Assembly: GCA_051819745.1 (NCBI GenBank)
Contig: JBNJGO010000005.1
Coordinates: 1-48,777, forward strand
Reading direction: 5' to 3'
Origin: Nanobdellota archaeon
GTDB taxonomy: Archaea; Nanobdellota; Nanobdellia; Woesearchaeales; SKGA01
DNA length: 48,777 nt
Shown: positions 37,016 through 46,417 of the stretch, piece by piece
Layout of the letters: each line of letters opens with the position of its first letter
Position numbering within the stretch: position 1 is the first letter of the stretch
The notes under the pieces: model-generated
Told to the model about the DNA's origin: nothing
Databases searched by the model: none
What the model saw: only the letters and a program-made list of their open reading frames with translations
Program-made: the position numbers and the translations under genes

Positions 37016-38242
37016 CTAACAAGAACCTTGTGCAGTTTGTGTTTGTGATGAAACAACTTCTTCACATTCTGCAGGTAGTGTTCCTTCAAATTCTTGACAT
37101 AATGCTGTTTTTAGACTTTCTGCATCTCTAGAACCACTATGTGTCTTTCCGTTAATCAAGAAAGTTGGTGATGCAGTTGGTGGTACTAGGCTTCCCTGTT
37201 GTTCAGTAACAACATTTTCTATTGTTTGGCTTTCCTCTTGAGCAATATCGAGTCTGTTTTCTTCATAACAGTTTTTGATTGCACTTACGTCAACACCTGC
37301 TTCTTGTGCTGTTTCTTCCCAACAAGTATCGACATCTTGTGCAGTGCATTTGTCGTTTATTGCGAGTGTGAAATCAAAGTATGCTTCTTCTCCTAGTTCT
37401 TTGAGAGCGCATAACTCTCGAACTCCTTGGTTTCCTTCAGGTTCTCCGTGTAGGGATTGTATTGAATCGCCATTTACTGAAATAATGTAATGAGGTACTA
37501 TCTCAACTCGATCTCCAAATAAGTCATAAAGTTCTCCCGCAGCTTCATCTGCTGGATTTCCGTAAGGACAGAATGCCATGACAAAATAATCCAGTCGTGG
37601 TTTGTCTCCTTCGTATCCTAATGCTTGGAGGTTGTCTTGAGGGTAGTTTTCGAGTTTTGCTTCTTGAGCTTCTTGTTTTTCTTCATCAAGGTAGTAGGTC
37701 GCTCCAATTGCTTCATCCATTATCTTGTAACTTCCATCTTCAAGTTCCGTAAAGCTTTGAGGGAGTTGCGGTGTTTCCGTCCAACCTGCTGTATTTGCGA
37801 TTTCTTTCTCAAAGATAAATGACGGTGCTTTTGTCAAGCCATACTGTTGTATCATATCTTCTCCTTCTCTTTCGCTTGCATCAACTGTTGTTACTTCAAA
37901 TGTTGTGTTGGTGAATAGTTGTTGCTCTGAAATTTGTACTATTTGTTCTATGATTTGTTCGCAGTTTTCACATCCACTATCTGTTATTACTGTCATACCT
38001 ATAGTGTCTTGTTGTTCTGGAAATAAGTTTAAGCCAAAACCTCCTGTGATTATGGATGCTATAAGAAGAACTGCGAGTCCGAGACTTGCGATTTTCCATC
38101 GTTTTCCAGGAGTGCATGTTTTTGCTTTTTTCTTATGATGTCCTGGTTCGTGGTGTTTTTTATGAGGGGTTGTTTTTTTACTTGCTTTTTTTTCATGTGT
38201 TGGTGTTTTTTGTTTACCTTTTTTTGCATGCGATTTTACCAT
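37016..38242 (-). CDS. Membrane-anchored double thioredoxin-fold protein (DsbA/GILT-like)
   Basis: Basic His-rich N-tail, one TM helix, CENC and KAPSF in domain 1. FVMAFCPYG, SLHG-x-x-E and ASPTFLING in domain 2. Confidence 0.8.
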   Translation of the reverse strand: MVKSHAKKGKQKTPTHEKKASKKTTPHKKHHEPGHHKKKAKTCTPGKRWKIASLGLAVLLIASIITGGFGLNLFPEQQDTIGMTVITDSGCENCEQIIEQIVQISEQQLFTNTTFEVTTVDASEREGEDMIQQYGLTKAPSFIFEKEIANTAGWTETPQLPQSFTELEDGSYKIMDEAIGATYYLDEEKQEAQEAKLENYPQDNLQALGYEGDKPRLDYFVMAFCPYGNPADEAAGELYDLFGDRVEIVPHYIISVNGDSIQSLHGEPEGNQGVRELCALKELGEEAYFDFTLAINDKCTAQDVDTCWEETAQEAGVDVSAIKNCYEENRLDIAQEESQTIENVVTEQQGSLVPPTASPTFLINGKTHSGSRDAESLKTALCQEFEGTLPAECEEVVSSQTQTAQGSC

Positions 38243-38548
38243 ATATATCGTACCTCACACGTGTAGTGTGTTTTTTAATTGTTAAGAACATATTTTTTTT
38301 GTTCTTAGTTATTGTTGCATGGTCATTTCTTTTTTTTATAAATGTTATGATGGTTACAGTGATTTTTGTTCTTTGTCTGCACTCTGTTAGTATTTTTCTC
38401 CATTTGATATCTTATTTTGTTGTAGATATAGTTATTATTATTTTCGTTTCTCTCTTTTGTTTTTTCTTTTTTTTTTGGTCTTCATGAGAGATTAGTTGTG
38501 ATTATTTTGTATTAGTATGGTGTAAATACATAAATTTGTTACAACTCT

Positions 38549-38624
38549 GTTGATTTTAAATCAACTAAACGAAATATTTATATATTAGTTGTTCTTACTA
38601 TAATCTTGTTGATTTTAAGTCAAC
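38549..38624 (+). promoter_or_regulatory. grpE-dnaK promoter with two palindromic operator-like sites
   Basis: GAAATATTTATATA (38571-38584) flanked by GTTGATTTTAAATCAAC (38549-38565) and GTTGATTTTAAGTCAAC (38608-38624). Confidence 0.75.
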
Positions 38625-38641
38625 GAAAATATAGTGATAGT

Positions 38642-39196
38642 ATGAAACGAAAACAATCAGATAATAACTCTTATTCAGCAAAAACTGAATCAAACGAGAA
38701 ACAAAGTAAACAAGAGTCCAAGCATGATTCGACTCAAGAGCAAATTTTGAGTGAGAGTGAAGATGTAATTGTTGAATTACAAGAACGTCTTCGTGAAAAA
38801 GAAGATGCTTTTTTACGTCTTCAAGCGGAATTTGAAAATTTTAGGAAACGAACCGAGCTTGAAAAGCAAAATACTTATGATCGGGCTCTTCGAGATGTTT
38901 TCAAAAAAATTGTAGGGGTATTTGATGATTTCGACCTCGCTCTTTCACACAAACAGGACGGTCAGAGTTTCAGGAAAGGAATGGAACTCATCTATGCAAA
39001 ATTGTATGGTGTTGCTGAAGATGAAGGGCTCAAAAAAATCGACACTGTTGGTCAGCAGTTCGATCCTCAACGACACGAAGCAATGTTGGCTCAAGAAAGC
39101 GATAAGCCATCACAAGAAATAATTGAGGAACTCCAACCAGGATATTCTCTCAATAATGTGATTGTTAGAACTGCAAAAGTGAAAGTTTCGAAATGA
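38642..39196 (+). CDS. grpE: Nucleotide exchange factor GrpE
   Basis: LRLQAEFENFRKR, FDPQRHEAM, GY-x-L-x-x-x-x-VR-x-AKVKV. Lies upstream of dnaK. Confidence 0.95.
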   Translation: MKRKQSDNNSYSAKTESNEKQSKQESKHDSTQEQILSESEDVIVELQERLREKEDAFLRLQAEFENFRKRTELEKQNTYDRALRDVFKKIVGVFDDFDLALSHKQDGQSFRKGMELIYAKLYGVAEDEGLKKIDTVGQQFDPQRHEAMLAQESDKPSQEIIEELQPGYSLNNVIVRTAKVKVSK

Positions 39197-39289
39197 GGGT
39201 ATTTCAGGCATACTAGCGCCCTTGAATTCAAATAAAATTGGTAAAATAAAAACTAAAAAATTACAAACAATATGAAAAGGTGAAAAACT

Positions 39290-41197
39290 ATGGGAAAAAT
39301 GATTGGAATTGATTTAGGAACAACGTTCAGCGCTGTTGCAGTACTTGAAGGTGGAAAACCAGTTATTGTACCAAATGCTGAAGGTTCGAGAACAACACCT
39401 AGTGTTGTCGCATACAAAGATGGAGAACGACTTGCTGGTCAAGTAGCAAAAAACCAAGCAGTACTGAATCCTGATCACACTGTAAGCTCCATCAAACGAC
39501 ATATGGGTGAAGACTACAAAGTACAATTCGGTGATGAGGAGAAAACCCCTCAAGAAATCAGCGCGATGGTACTTCAAAAATTAAAAAAAGATGCTGAAGA
39601 TTATCTTGGTGACACTGTTGAAAAAGCAGTTATTACTGTTCCTGCATACTTTACAGATTCACAACGTCAAGCAACTAAAGACGCTGGAAAAATTGCAGGT
39701 CTTGAAGTAGAACGTATTATCAACGAGCCAACCGCTGCATCTCTGGCATATGGTCTGGATAAAGGGGAAGAGCATAAAGTTCTTATTTTCGATTTTGGAG
39801 GGGGAACATTCGATGTTTCGATTCTCGAACTCGGAGATGGTGTGTTTGAAGTAAAAGCGACAAATGGTGATAACCATCTTGGTGGAGATGATGTTGATAA
39901 AGTATTGATTGATCATCTTGCAAGTGAGTTCAAAAAAGATAATGGTATCGATCTCAAAGAAGATAAAACCAGTCTTCAACGACTTAAAGAAGCTGCTGAA
40001 AAGGCAAAAATCGAACTTTCGACAAAACAGTCAACAACTGTTAACTTGCCTTTCATCACCGCAGATTCTTCTGGTCCAAAACACTTAAACGTTGATATCA
40101 GCAAATCTCAGTTCGAGAATATGATTTCTGATATTTTGGATAAACTCAAGGTTCCAACTGAAAAAGCTCTCAAAAATGCGGGTCTTGGAAAAGATGATAT
40201 TGATAAAGTTATTTTTGTTGGCGGTTCAACACGAATCCCTGCTGTTCAAAAACTTGTCAAGGACTTAACTGGAAAAGATGGAGATAAGTCCGTCAATCCT
40301 GATGAAGCCGTCGCTCTTGGTGCAGCTATTCAAGCAGGAATTTTAGGTGGTGATGTCAAAGATGTTCTTCTTCTTGACGTGACTCCTCTATCACTTGGAA
40401 TTGAAACTCTTGGTGGTGTATTTACCAAAATCATCGAGAAGAACACAACAATTCCGACAAAGAACAGTCAAGTGTTTAGTACTGCAGCTGACAACCAATC
40501 CGCAGTAACTATCCGTGTAGGTCAGGGAGAACGATCGATGTTTGAAGATAATAAAGAATTAGGACGATTCGACCTTGTTGGTATACCTCCAGCTCCTCGT
40601 GGCGTTCCTCAAATTGAAGTTACCTTCAACATTGATGCAAACGGAATCGTCAACGTCAGTGCAAAAGATAAAGGAACTGGTAAAGAGCAATCAATAAAGA
40701 TAACTGCAAGCTCTAACTTGTCAGATGAAGAAATTGAAAAGATGAAACAAGATGCTGAAAAACACGCTGACGAAGATAAGAAAAAACAAGAGCGTGTAGA
40801 AATTGTTAACAACGCAGAAAGTCTCATCTTTTCATCGGAAAAACTCTTCAAGGATTTCGAAGGGAAAGTCGACAAAAAAGAAATAGAACCTGTTAAAAAA
40901 GAGATTGAAGAACTTAAGAAACTCGTTGATGCCAAAGAAAAAGATCATACTGCTATAAAGAAAAAGCATGATAAAATCAATGAGAAAATCCAAAAGTTAT
41001 CTTCAGAACTCTACTCTAAAGTCGCTCAAGAACAACAAGCGCAACAAGCAAAAGAAGGTTCAGGCGATTCAAAAGGTTCTAAGAAATCATCCGATTCGAA
41101 GTCTGAAAAAGATGATGATGTTGTCGATGCGGATTTTGAAGATGTTGATGATGCTAAGGATGACAAAAAAGACGATAAGAAAGACAATAAAAAGTAA
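39290..41197 (+). CDS. dnaK: Chaperone DnaK (Hsp70)
   Basis: [39 protein letters not shown]. Has the short N-terminal subdomain typical of archaeal/Gram-positive DnaK. Confidence 0.98.
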   Translation: MGKMIGIDLGTTFSAVAVLEGGKPVIVPNAEGSRTTPSVVAYKDGERLAGQVAKNQAVLNPDHTVSSIKRHMGEDYKVQFGDEEKTPQEISAMVLQKLKKDAEDYLGDTVEKAVITVPAYFTDSQRQATKDAGKIAGLEVERIINEPTAASLAYGLDKGEEHKVLIFDFGGGTFDVSILELGDGVFEVKATNGDNHLGGDDVDKVLIDHLASEFKKDNGIDLKEDKTSLQRLKEAAEKAKIELSTKQSTTVNLPFITADSSGPKHLNVDISKSQFENMISDILDKLKVPTEKALKNAGLGKDDIDKVIFVGGSTRIPAVQKLVKDLTGKDGDKSVNPDEAVALGAAIQAGILGGDVKDVLLLDVTPLSLGIETLGGVFTKIIEKNTTIPTKNSQVFSTAADNQSAVTIRVGQGERSMFEDNKELGRFDLVGIPPAPRGVPQIEVTFNIDANGIVNVSAKDKGTGKEQSIKITASSNLSDEEIEKMKQDAEKHADEDKKKQERVEIVNNAESLIFSSEKLFKDFEGKVDKKEIEPVKKEIEELKKLVDAKEKDHTAIKKKHDKINEKIQKLSSELYSKVAQEQQAQQAKEGSGDSKGSKKSSDSKSEKDDDVVDADFEDVDDAKDDKKDDKKDNKK

Positions 41198-41211
41198 TAC
41201 TGTCTTTAGCA

Positions 41212-41230
41212 TTTTTTTATTTTTATTTTT
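41212..41230 (+). terminator. Oligo-T terminator after dnaK
   Basis: TTTTTTTATTTTTATTTTT shortly after the stop codon. Confidence 0.5.
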
Positions 41231-41406
41231 ATAATATTATATTGAACAAAGCAATTAACACTATTATAATATAAATAGATTTAAAAAGTTTGTATTAGTT
41301 GTTTTGAGGATTACTAATACATTTTGTTGTTGAGCAAATAATACCTCAATGATAATATTATTAATTATGTTAATTAAAATAAAAGTATTATGGAGAGTTG
41401 TTTAGA

Positions 41407-42549
41407 GTGGCAGGAAAGGATTATTATGATATATTGGGCGTTTCTAAAGACGCTTCAAAAGAAGAGATTAGAAAAGCATACAAGAAATTAGCAAAAAAAT
41501 ATCATCCTGATCTCAATAAAGACAATCCTGGTGCTGAGAAAAAATTCAAAGAAATAAATGAAGCTGTCAGAATACTTTCTGATGAAACAAAACGAAAACA
41601 ATATGATCAGTTCGGAAGTGAAGGTATGAATAATGCTGCTGGAGCGGGTGCATCTGGTTTTGGTGGTTTTGGTGGTTTTGGCGGTTCTCAAACAGGTTTT
41701 GATTTTAATGATATTTTCGATTCATTTTTTGGCGGTTCTGGTTTTGGGGGGGAATTTGGTGGTCGAAGACAACGAGCAGGCCCTCGTCAGGGATCCGATC
41801 TCAGATATGATGTTGAAATAACTCTCAAACAAGCCGCGACTGGTTTTGAAAAATCTATTTCTCTTAAAAAAGATGATTCTTGTGATGAATGTGATGGTCG
41901 TGGAGGTCATGGTGAAAAAACATGTCCTACTTGTCAAGGTCATGGTGTTGTTGAACAAGTTCAAAAAACCCCTTTTGGTATGTTTAGAACACAACGACCT
42001 TGTCCCGAATGTAAAGGTCAAGGTAAAACTGTTGAACATATATGTTCTGCTTGTAAAGGGAAAGGTTTTGTTCGAAAAACAAAAACAATCAATCTTAAGA
42101 TACCTGCTGGTGTTGAAGATGGTATGCGATTGCGTGTTGAAGGTGAAGGTGAACCTGGTGAGCCTGGCGCACCTCAAGGAGATTTATATGTTTTCATACA
42201 CGTTGCTGAAGATGATGATTTTAAACGTAAGGGTGAAGATTTGTACATTGATATTCCAATAACTTTTTCTCAAGCGGTTCTTGGAGACTCTATAACTGTT
42301 CCTACAATTACAGGGAAAGCACAACTTAAGATTCCTGCTGGAACTCAACCTGGAACGTATCTTAGGATGAAAGGAAAAGGTATGCCTCAAGTGAAAGGAT
42401 CTGGTCATGGCGATCAATATGTAAAAATCACTATTGAAGTTCCGACATCTGTTTCAAAAAAACAAAAAGAACTTCTTGCTGATTTCGAGAAAAAAGTTAA
42501 AGGTAAACCTCCTCACAAACGACTTTTTGATAAAATAAAGGGAAATTAA
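41407..42549 (+). CDS. dnaJ: Chaperone DnaJ
   Basis: J-domain with HPD, G/F-rich linker, four CxxCxGxG repeats. GTG 41407 (MAGKDYY) is preferred over TTG 41398. Confidence 0.97.
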   Translation: MAGKDYYDILGVSKDASKEEIRKAYKKLAKKYHPDLNKDNPGAEKKFKEINEAVRILSDETKRKQYDQFGSEGMNNAAGAGASGFGGFGGFGGSQTGFDFNDIFDSFFGGSGFGGEFGGRRQRAGPRQGSDLRYDVEITLKQAATGFEKSISLKKDDSCDECDGRGGHGEKTCPTCQGHGVVEQVQKTPFGMFRTQRPCPECKGQGKTVEHICSACKGKGFVRKTKTINLKIPAGVEDGMRLRVEGEGEPGEPGAPQGDLYVFIHVAEDDDFKRKGEDLYIDIPITFSQAVLGDSITVPTITGKAQLKIPAGTQPGTYLRMKGKGMPQVKGSGHGDQYVKITIEVPTSVSKKQKELLADFEKKVKGKPPHKRLFDKIKGN

Positions 42550-42665
42550 TATTTGGTTCTTGCTTTTGTATGTGTCTTGAGATCTTTTGAAATAACTTTT
42601 TTTACTGAAAAGATTTATAAACTTCACTTTAATTTATATTGTTACTAATATTGTAAGGTGATTTT

Positions 42666-42959
42666 ATGGCTGATAATACTGAAACGCAAAATGAACAAAA
42701 TCAACAACAAGTTAATAATATGAGTAAAGAAGAGCAAATTGGTTTTCATAAAGGGTCGATTGCTACTCTTGCTAAAGAACGCGAAGAATTATCTCGGATT
42801 GTTGGTATTGTAGAGCAATTATTACAGATGCACCTTAGTTCTCTCAAAGAATTGGGTGTTGATATTGAACAAGACGCTCAAGTTCAGCAAGCTACTTCTC
42901 AAAATCAATCCCAACCAAAACCTCAAGAGAAGAAAAAACCTATCGAAGATATCTTATAA
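42666..42959 (+). CDS. Small coiled-coil hypothetical protein
   Basis: TATA at ~42615 and AGGTG SD. EQIGFHKGSIATLAKEREEL...LKELG helical core. Confidence 0.8.
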   Translation: MADNTETQNEQNQQQVNNMSKEEQIGFHKGSIATLAKEREELSRIVGIVEQLLQMHLSSLKELGVDIEQDAQVQQATSQNQSQPKPQEKKKPIEDIL

Positions 42960-43264
42960 TGGTGTGTTCTCAATTGGTCGTCCATACTACTTTAGCTGAT
43001 TTACGAAAAGCAGTTGTTGCTCACACGGATAATGGTCCTTATTTTGTACTTAACGACTCTTCACATAATGAAGCTATTGTAGATGGTGTTGTTTCCAAAG
43101 TTCGTGCTTCGTTATGTTATATTGATATTGAAGGTGAAATATTTACTGCCCTTAAGAAAAAAGATGTTGTGAAAGGTGATATTGTGAGTTGCAGATTATC
43201 CTTAAAATATACTAATAATTATCCTGCTTTCACAATATTATCTTTCAAGAAACGAATTGAGTAA
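42959..43264 (+). CDS. Hypothetical protein (possible OB-fold)
   Basis: 101-aa ORF translationally coupled (TAATG) to the upstream gene. Confidence 0.6.
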   Translation: MVCSQLVVHTTLADLRKAVVAHTDNGPYFVLNDSSHNEAIVDGVVSKVRASLCYIDIEGEIFTALKKKDVVKGDIVSCRLSLKYTNNYPAFTILSFKKRIE

Positions 43265-43278
43265 CTTGTGGTGTGATT

Positions 43279-43725
43279 GTGGTACGAAAGCAATTTTCAA
43301 AAAAAGATATTAAAGAATTTATTTCAAATCATTCTTTCGCTGAAAATATCCTCACAAAGAAATCTTCTGTTTTTGTTGAAGGTGATTGCTTATATGTTGA
43401 TTCGTTGTTATCATTCATATACATTGATGATGCTTGGATTCCGTCATTAAAACTTCTTCAAACTCGTCCTTTATTGTTACCTCGTGTTGTCGTGGATAAA
43501 GGTGCGATAAAATTTATTGTAAATGGTGCTGATGTCATGCGTCCAGGTATTGTTGGATCAGATTCATTTTCAAAAGATTCTATTATTGCTGTTGTTGATG
43601 AGACTATGCACAAACCTATTGCCGTATGTCGGACATTATTTGATTCAAATACTTTGATGGCTATTTCTTCTGGTAAGGTACTCAAAACGCTTCATCATAT
43701 ATCTGATTCGTTCTGGTCGTCATAA
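43279..43725 (+). CDS. PUA-domain RNA-binding protein (MCT-1/Tma20-like)
   Basis: PSLKLL, VVVDKGAIKFIVNGADVMRPGI, KPIAV, GKV-x-K-x-LH. GTG 43279 lies 5 nt after GGTG. Confidence 0.9.
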   Translation: MVRKQFSKKDIKEFISNHSFAENILTKKSSVFVEGDCLYVDSLLSFIYIDDAWIPSLKLLQTRPLLLPRVVVDKGAIKFIVNGADVMRPGIVGSDSFSKDSIIAVVDETMHKPIAVCRTLFDSNTLMAISSGKVLKTLHHISDSFWSS

Positions 43726-43878
43726 TAGATATTATTATACAGTGTTTTCTTATTTTAATCGTTTTTGTATTGTTTTAAGCCATATAACTTTTTTTAGATT
43801 TTTTTTTAAATTATATGTTATATTGACTTTTTAATTAATTAGTATTTTATAATAAAGTATTTTAAGAGTATGACAACA

Positions 43879-43894
43879 GAAAACCTTATAAATA
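43879..43894 (+). promoter_or_regulatory. rRNA operon promoter (BRE/TATA)
   Basis: GAAAACCTTATAAATA about 330 nt upstream of the 16S. Confidence 0.7.
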
Positions 43895-44220
43895 GTTCTT
43901 TGTTCCCTCCTCTTTGTTCGGTAACAGTACATATGCTTATTTGTTTAAGTGTTGTTTCTGATACTGATTGGGGGATGGATTTGGTTTAAAGAACCAAACC
44001 TTTTTAAAGGGGTTAATATTCCTCAACTGCTATCTCGCGTACCTTGCGAGTGTTAATCAATCTCCACCAATTCTAACTCGAACACCAACTAATTTGGTGT
44101 TTATGTTTACGTGCTCAAATGAATGTTTGAGTACTAGAAATACAACGACGCAACCAATAGAACAAACAATTGTTTGTGACAATTCCAAAAAGTAGACGCG
44201 ATTGTACGGATATAAAACGA

Positions 44221-45689
<1,469 letters not shown>

Positions 45690-45772
45690 TTTTTTCCTTT
45701 CATAATCATAATATTGGTTAAGAAGAAGAAAGCGTTTGATACAGACGCATGCTCTGAACATTAGTGAAGATG

Positions 45773-45831
45773 CCTGCGAGTTGGATCACTTCCTTTCTTT
45801 TTTTCAACTTTTATTATAATTGTTGGATTAA
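45773..45831 (+). repeat. Degenerate duplicate of the 16S 3' end and its flank
   Basis: CCTGCGAGTTGGATCACTTCCTTTCTTTTTTTC...TATAATTGTTGGATTAA versus CCTGCGGCTGGATCACCTCCTTTCTTTTTTTC...CATAATATTGGTTAA (45665-45721). Confidence 0.75.
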
Positions 45832-45924
45832 TTCCATTTTATTATGGACTTGGTTTGTTTGGTTGTGTTGTTGTATTTCTTCCTTATCTTACATACGCTT
45901 TTCACTTTGAGAAGACTCCTTTTC

Positions 45925-45998
45925 GGGCTCGTAGCTCAGCCTGGTAGAGCACCGCCCTTGCAAGGCGGGGGCCTCGGGTTCAAATCCCGACGAGTCCA
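45925..45998 (+). tRNA. tRNA-Ala (TGC)
   Basis: Acceptor stem GGGCTCG/CGAGTCC with the G3-U70 Ala identity pair, anticodon arm CCGCC-CTTGCAA-GGCGG, GTTCAAATC T-loop, no encoded CCA. Located in the 16S-23S spacer. Confidence 0.97.
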
Positions 45999-46031
45999 TC
46001 CGGAGTCGTCGGTCCAGCAACTCTTGTTGGT

Positions 46032-46110
46032 GACACTGACGAGTCCATTTTTTTGGCGAGGCGGTCCCGAGCAAAGCGAGGACACTGACGAGTCCATTTT
46101 TTTGGCGAGG
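46032..46110 (+). repeat. Perfect 30-nt direct repeat (2 copies) containing the tRNA-Ala 3' end
   Basis: GACACTGACGAGTCCATTTTTTTGGCGAGG at 46032-46061 and 46081-46110. The core GACGAGTCCAT also occurs at 45989, giving a 49-nt period. Confidence 0.9.
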
Positions 46111-46417
46111 TGGAGTTATTTGGATGATTTTTTCATCTTCCAATTTTAACTACTCGTTATGACTAAGGTGTGATTTCAAAGCTGATAACGCGTTATCAAA
46201 AAGTTATGTTTTTGATTTAGTTCATTAATAATAACTGATTTATATTCATAATCAAATTTAATTAAAATTTTTACAAAGGTTCGACATATAATATGTGTCG
46301 GATTGAGGGTTGAGATGGTGTGATTTTCAATCACATTCTTATTCACATTAATGACGCCCGTGCAAAGGAAAGAAGACAATCCTAATTAGAACACCTTATT
46401 TATTCTGCTATGGAATA

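Noticed and set aside
38086-38487. 133-aa hydrophobic + strand ORF
   Set aside because: Product of T-rich intergenic and antisense sequence (F/V/L/I low complexity), overlapping the thioredoxin-fold gene on the opposite strand.
39195-39232. CIRCE-like element between grpE and dnaK
   Set aside because: Only a weak hairpin (GAGGG...CCCTT) with no match to the CIRCE consensus.
235-43685. Numerous 60-150 aa ORFs nested in or antisense to the main genes (e.g. 2034..2393, 20083..20429, 35840..36298, 41722..42177)
   Set aside because: Shadow ORFs of strongly biased coding sequence with no independent signals.
46003-46066. Hammerhead-ribozyme-like arrangement (GTC, stem I, CTGACGA, GTCCA...TGGC, GAGG)
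   Set aside because: The invariant GAAA is GAGG, stem II is bulged, the stem I closing pair is mismatched, and GACGAGTCCA is explained by the tRNA 3' end. An Infernal scan or a cleavage assay would settle it.
45989-46110. Possible mini CRISPR array
   Set aside because: Only two full 30-nt repeats with a 19-nt spacer, the repeat is derived from tRNA-Ala, and no cas genes are present in the window.
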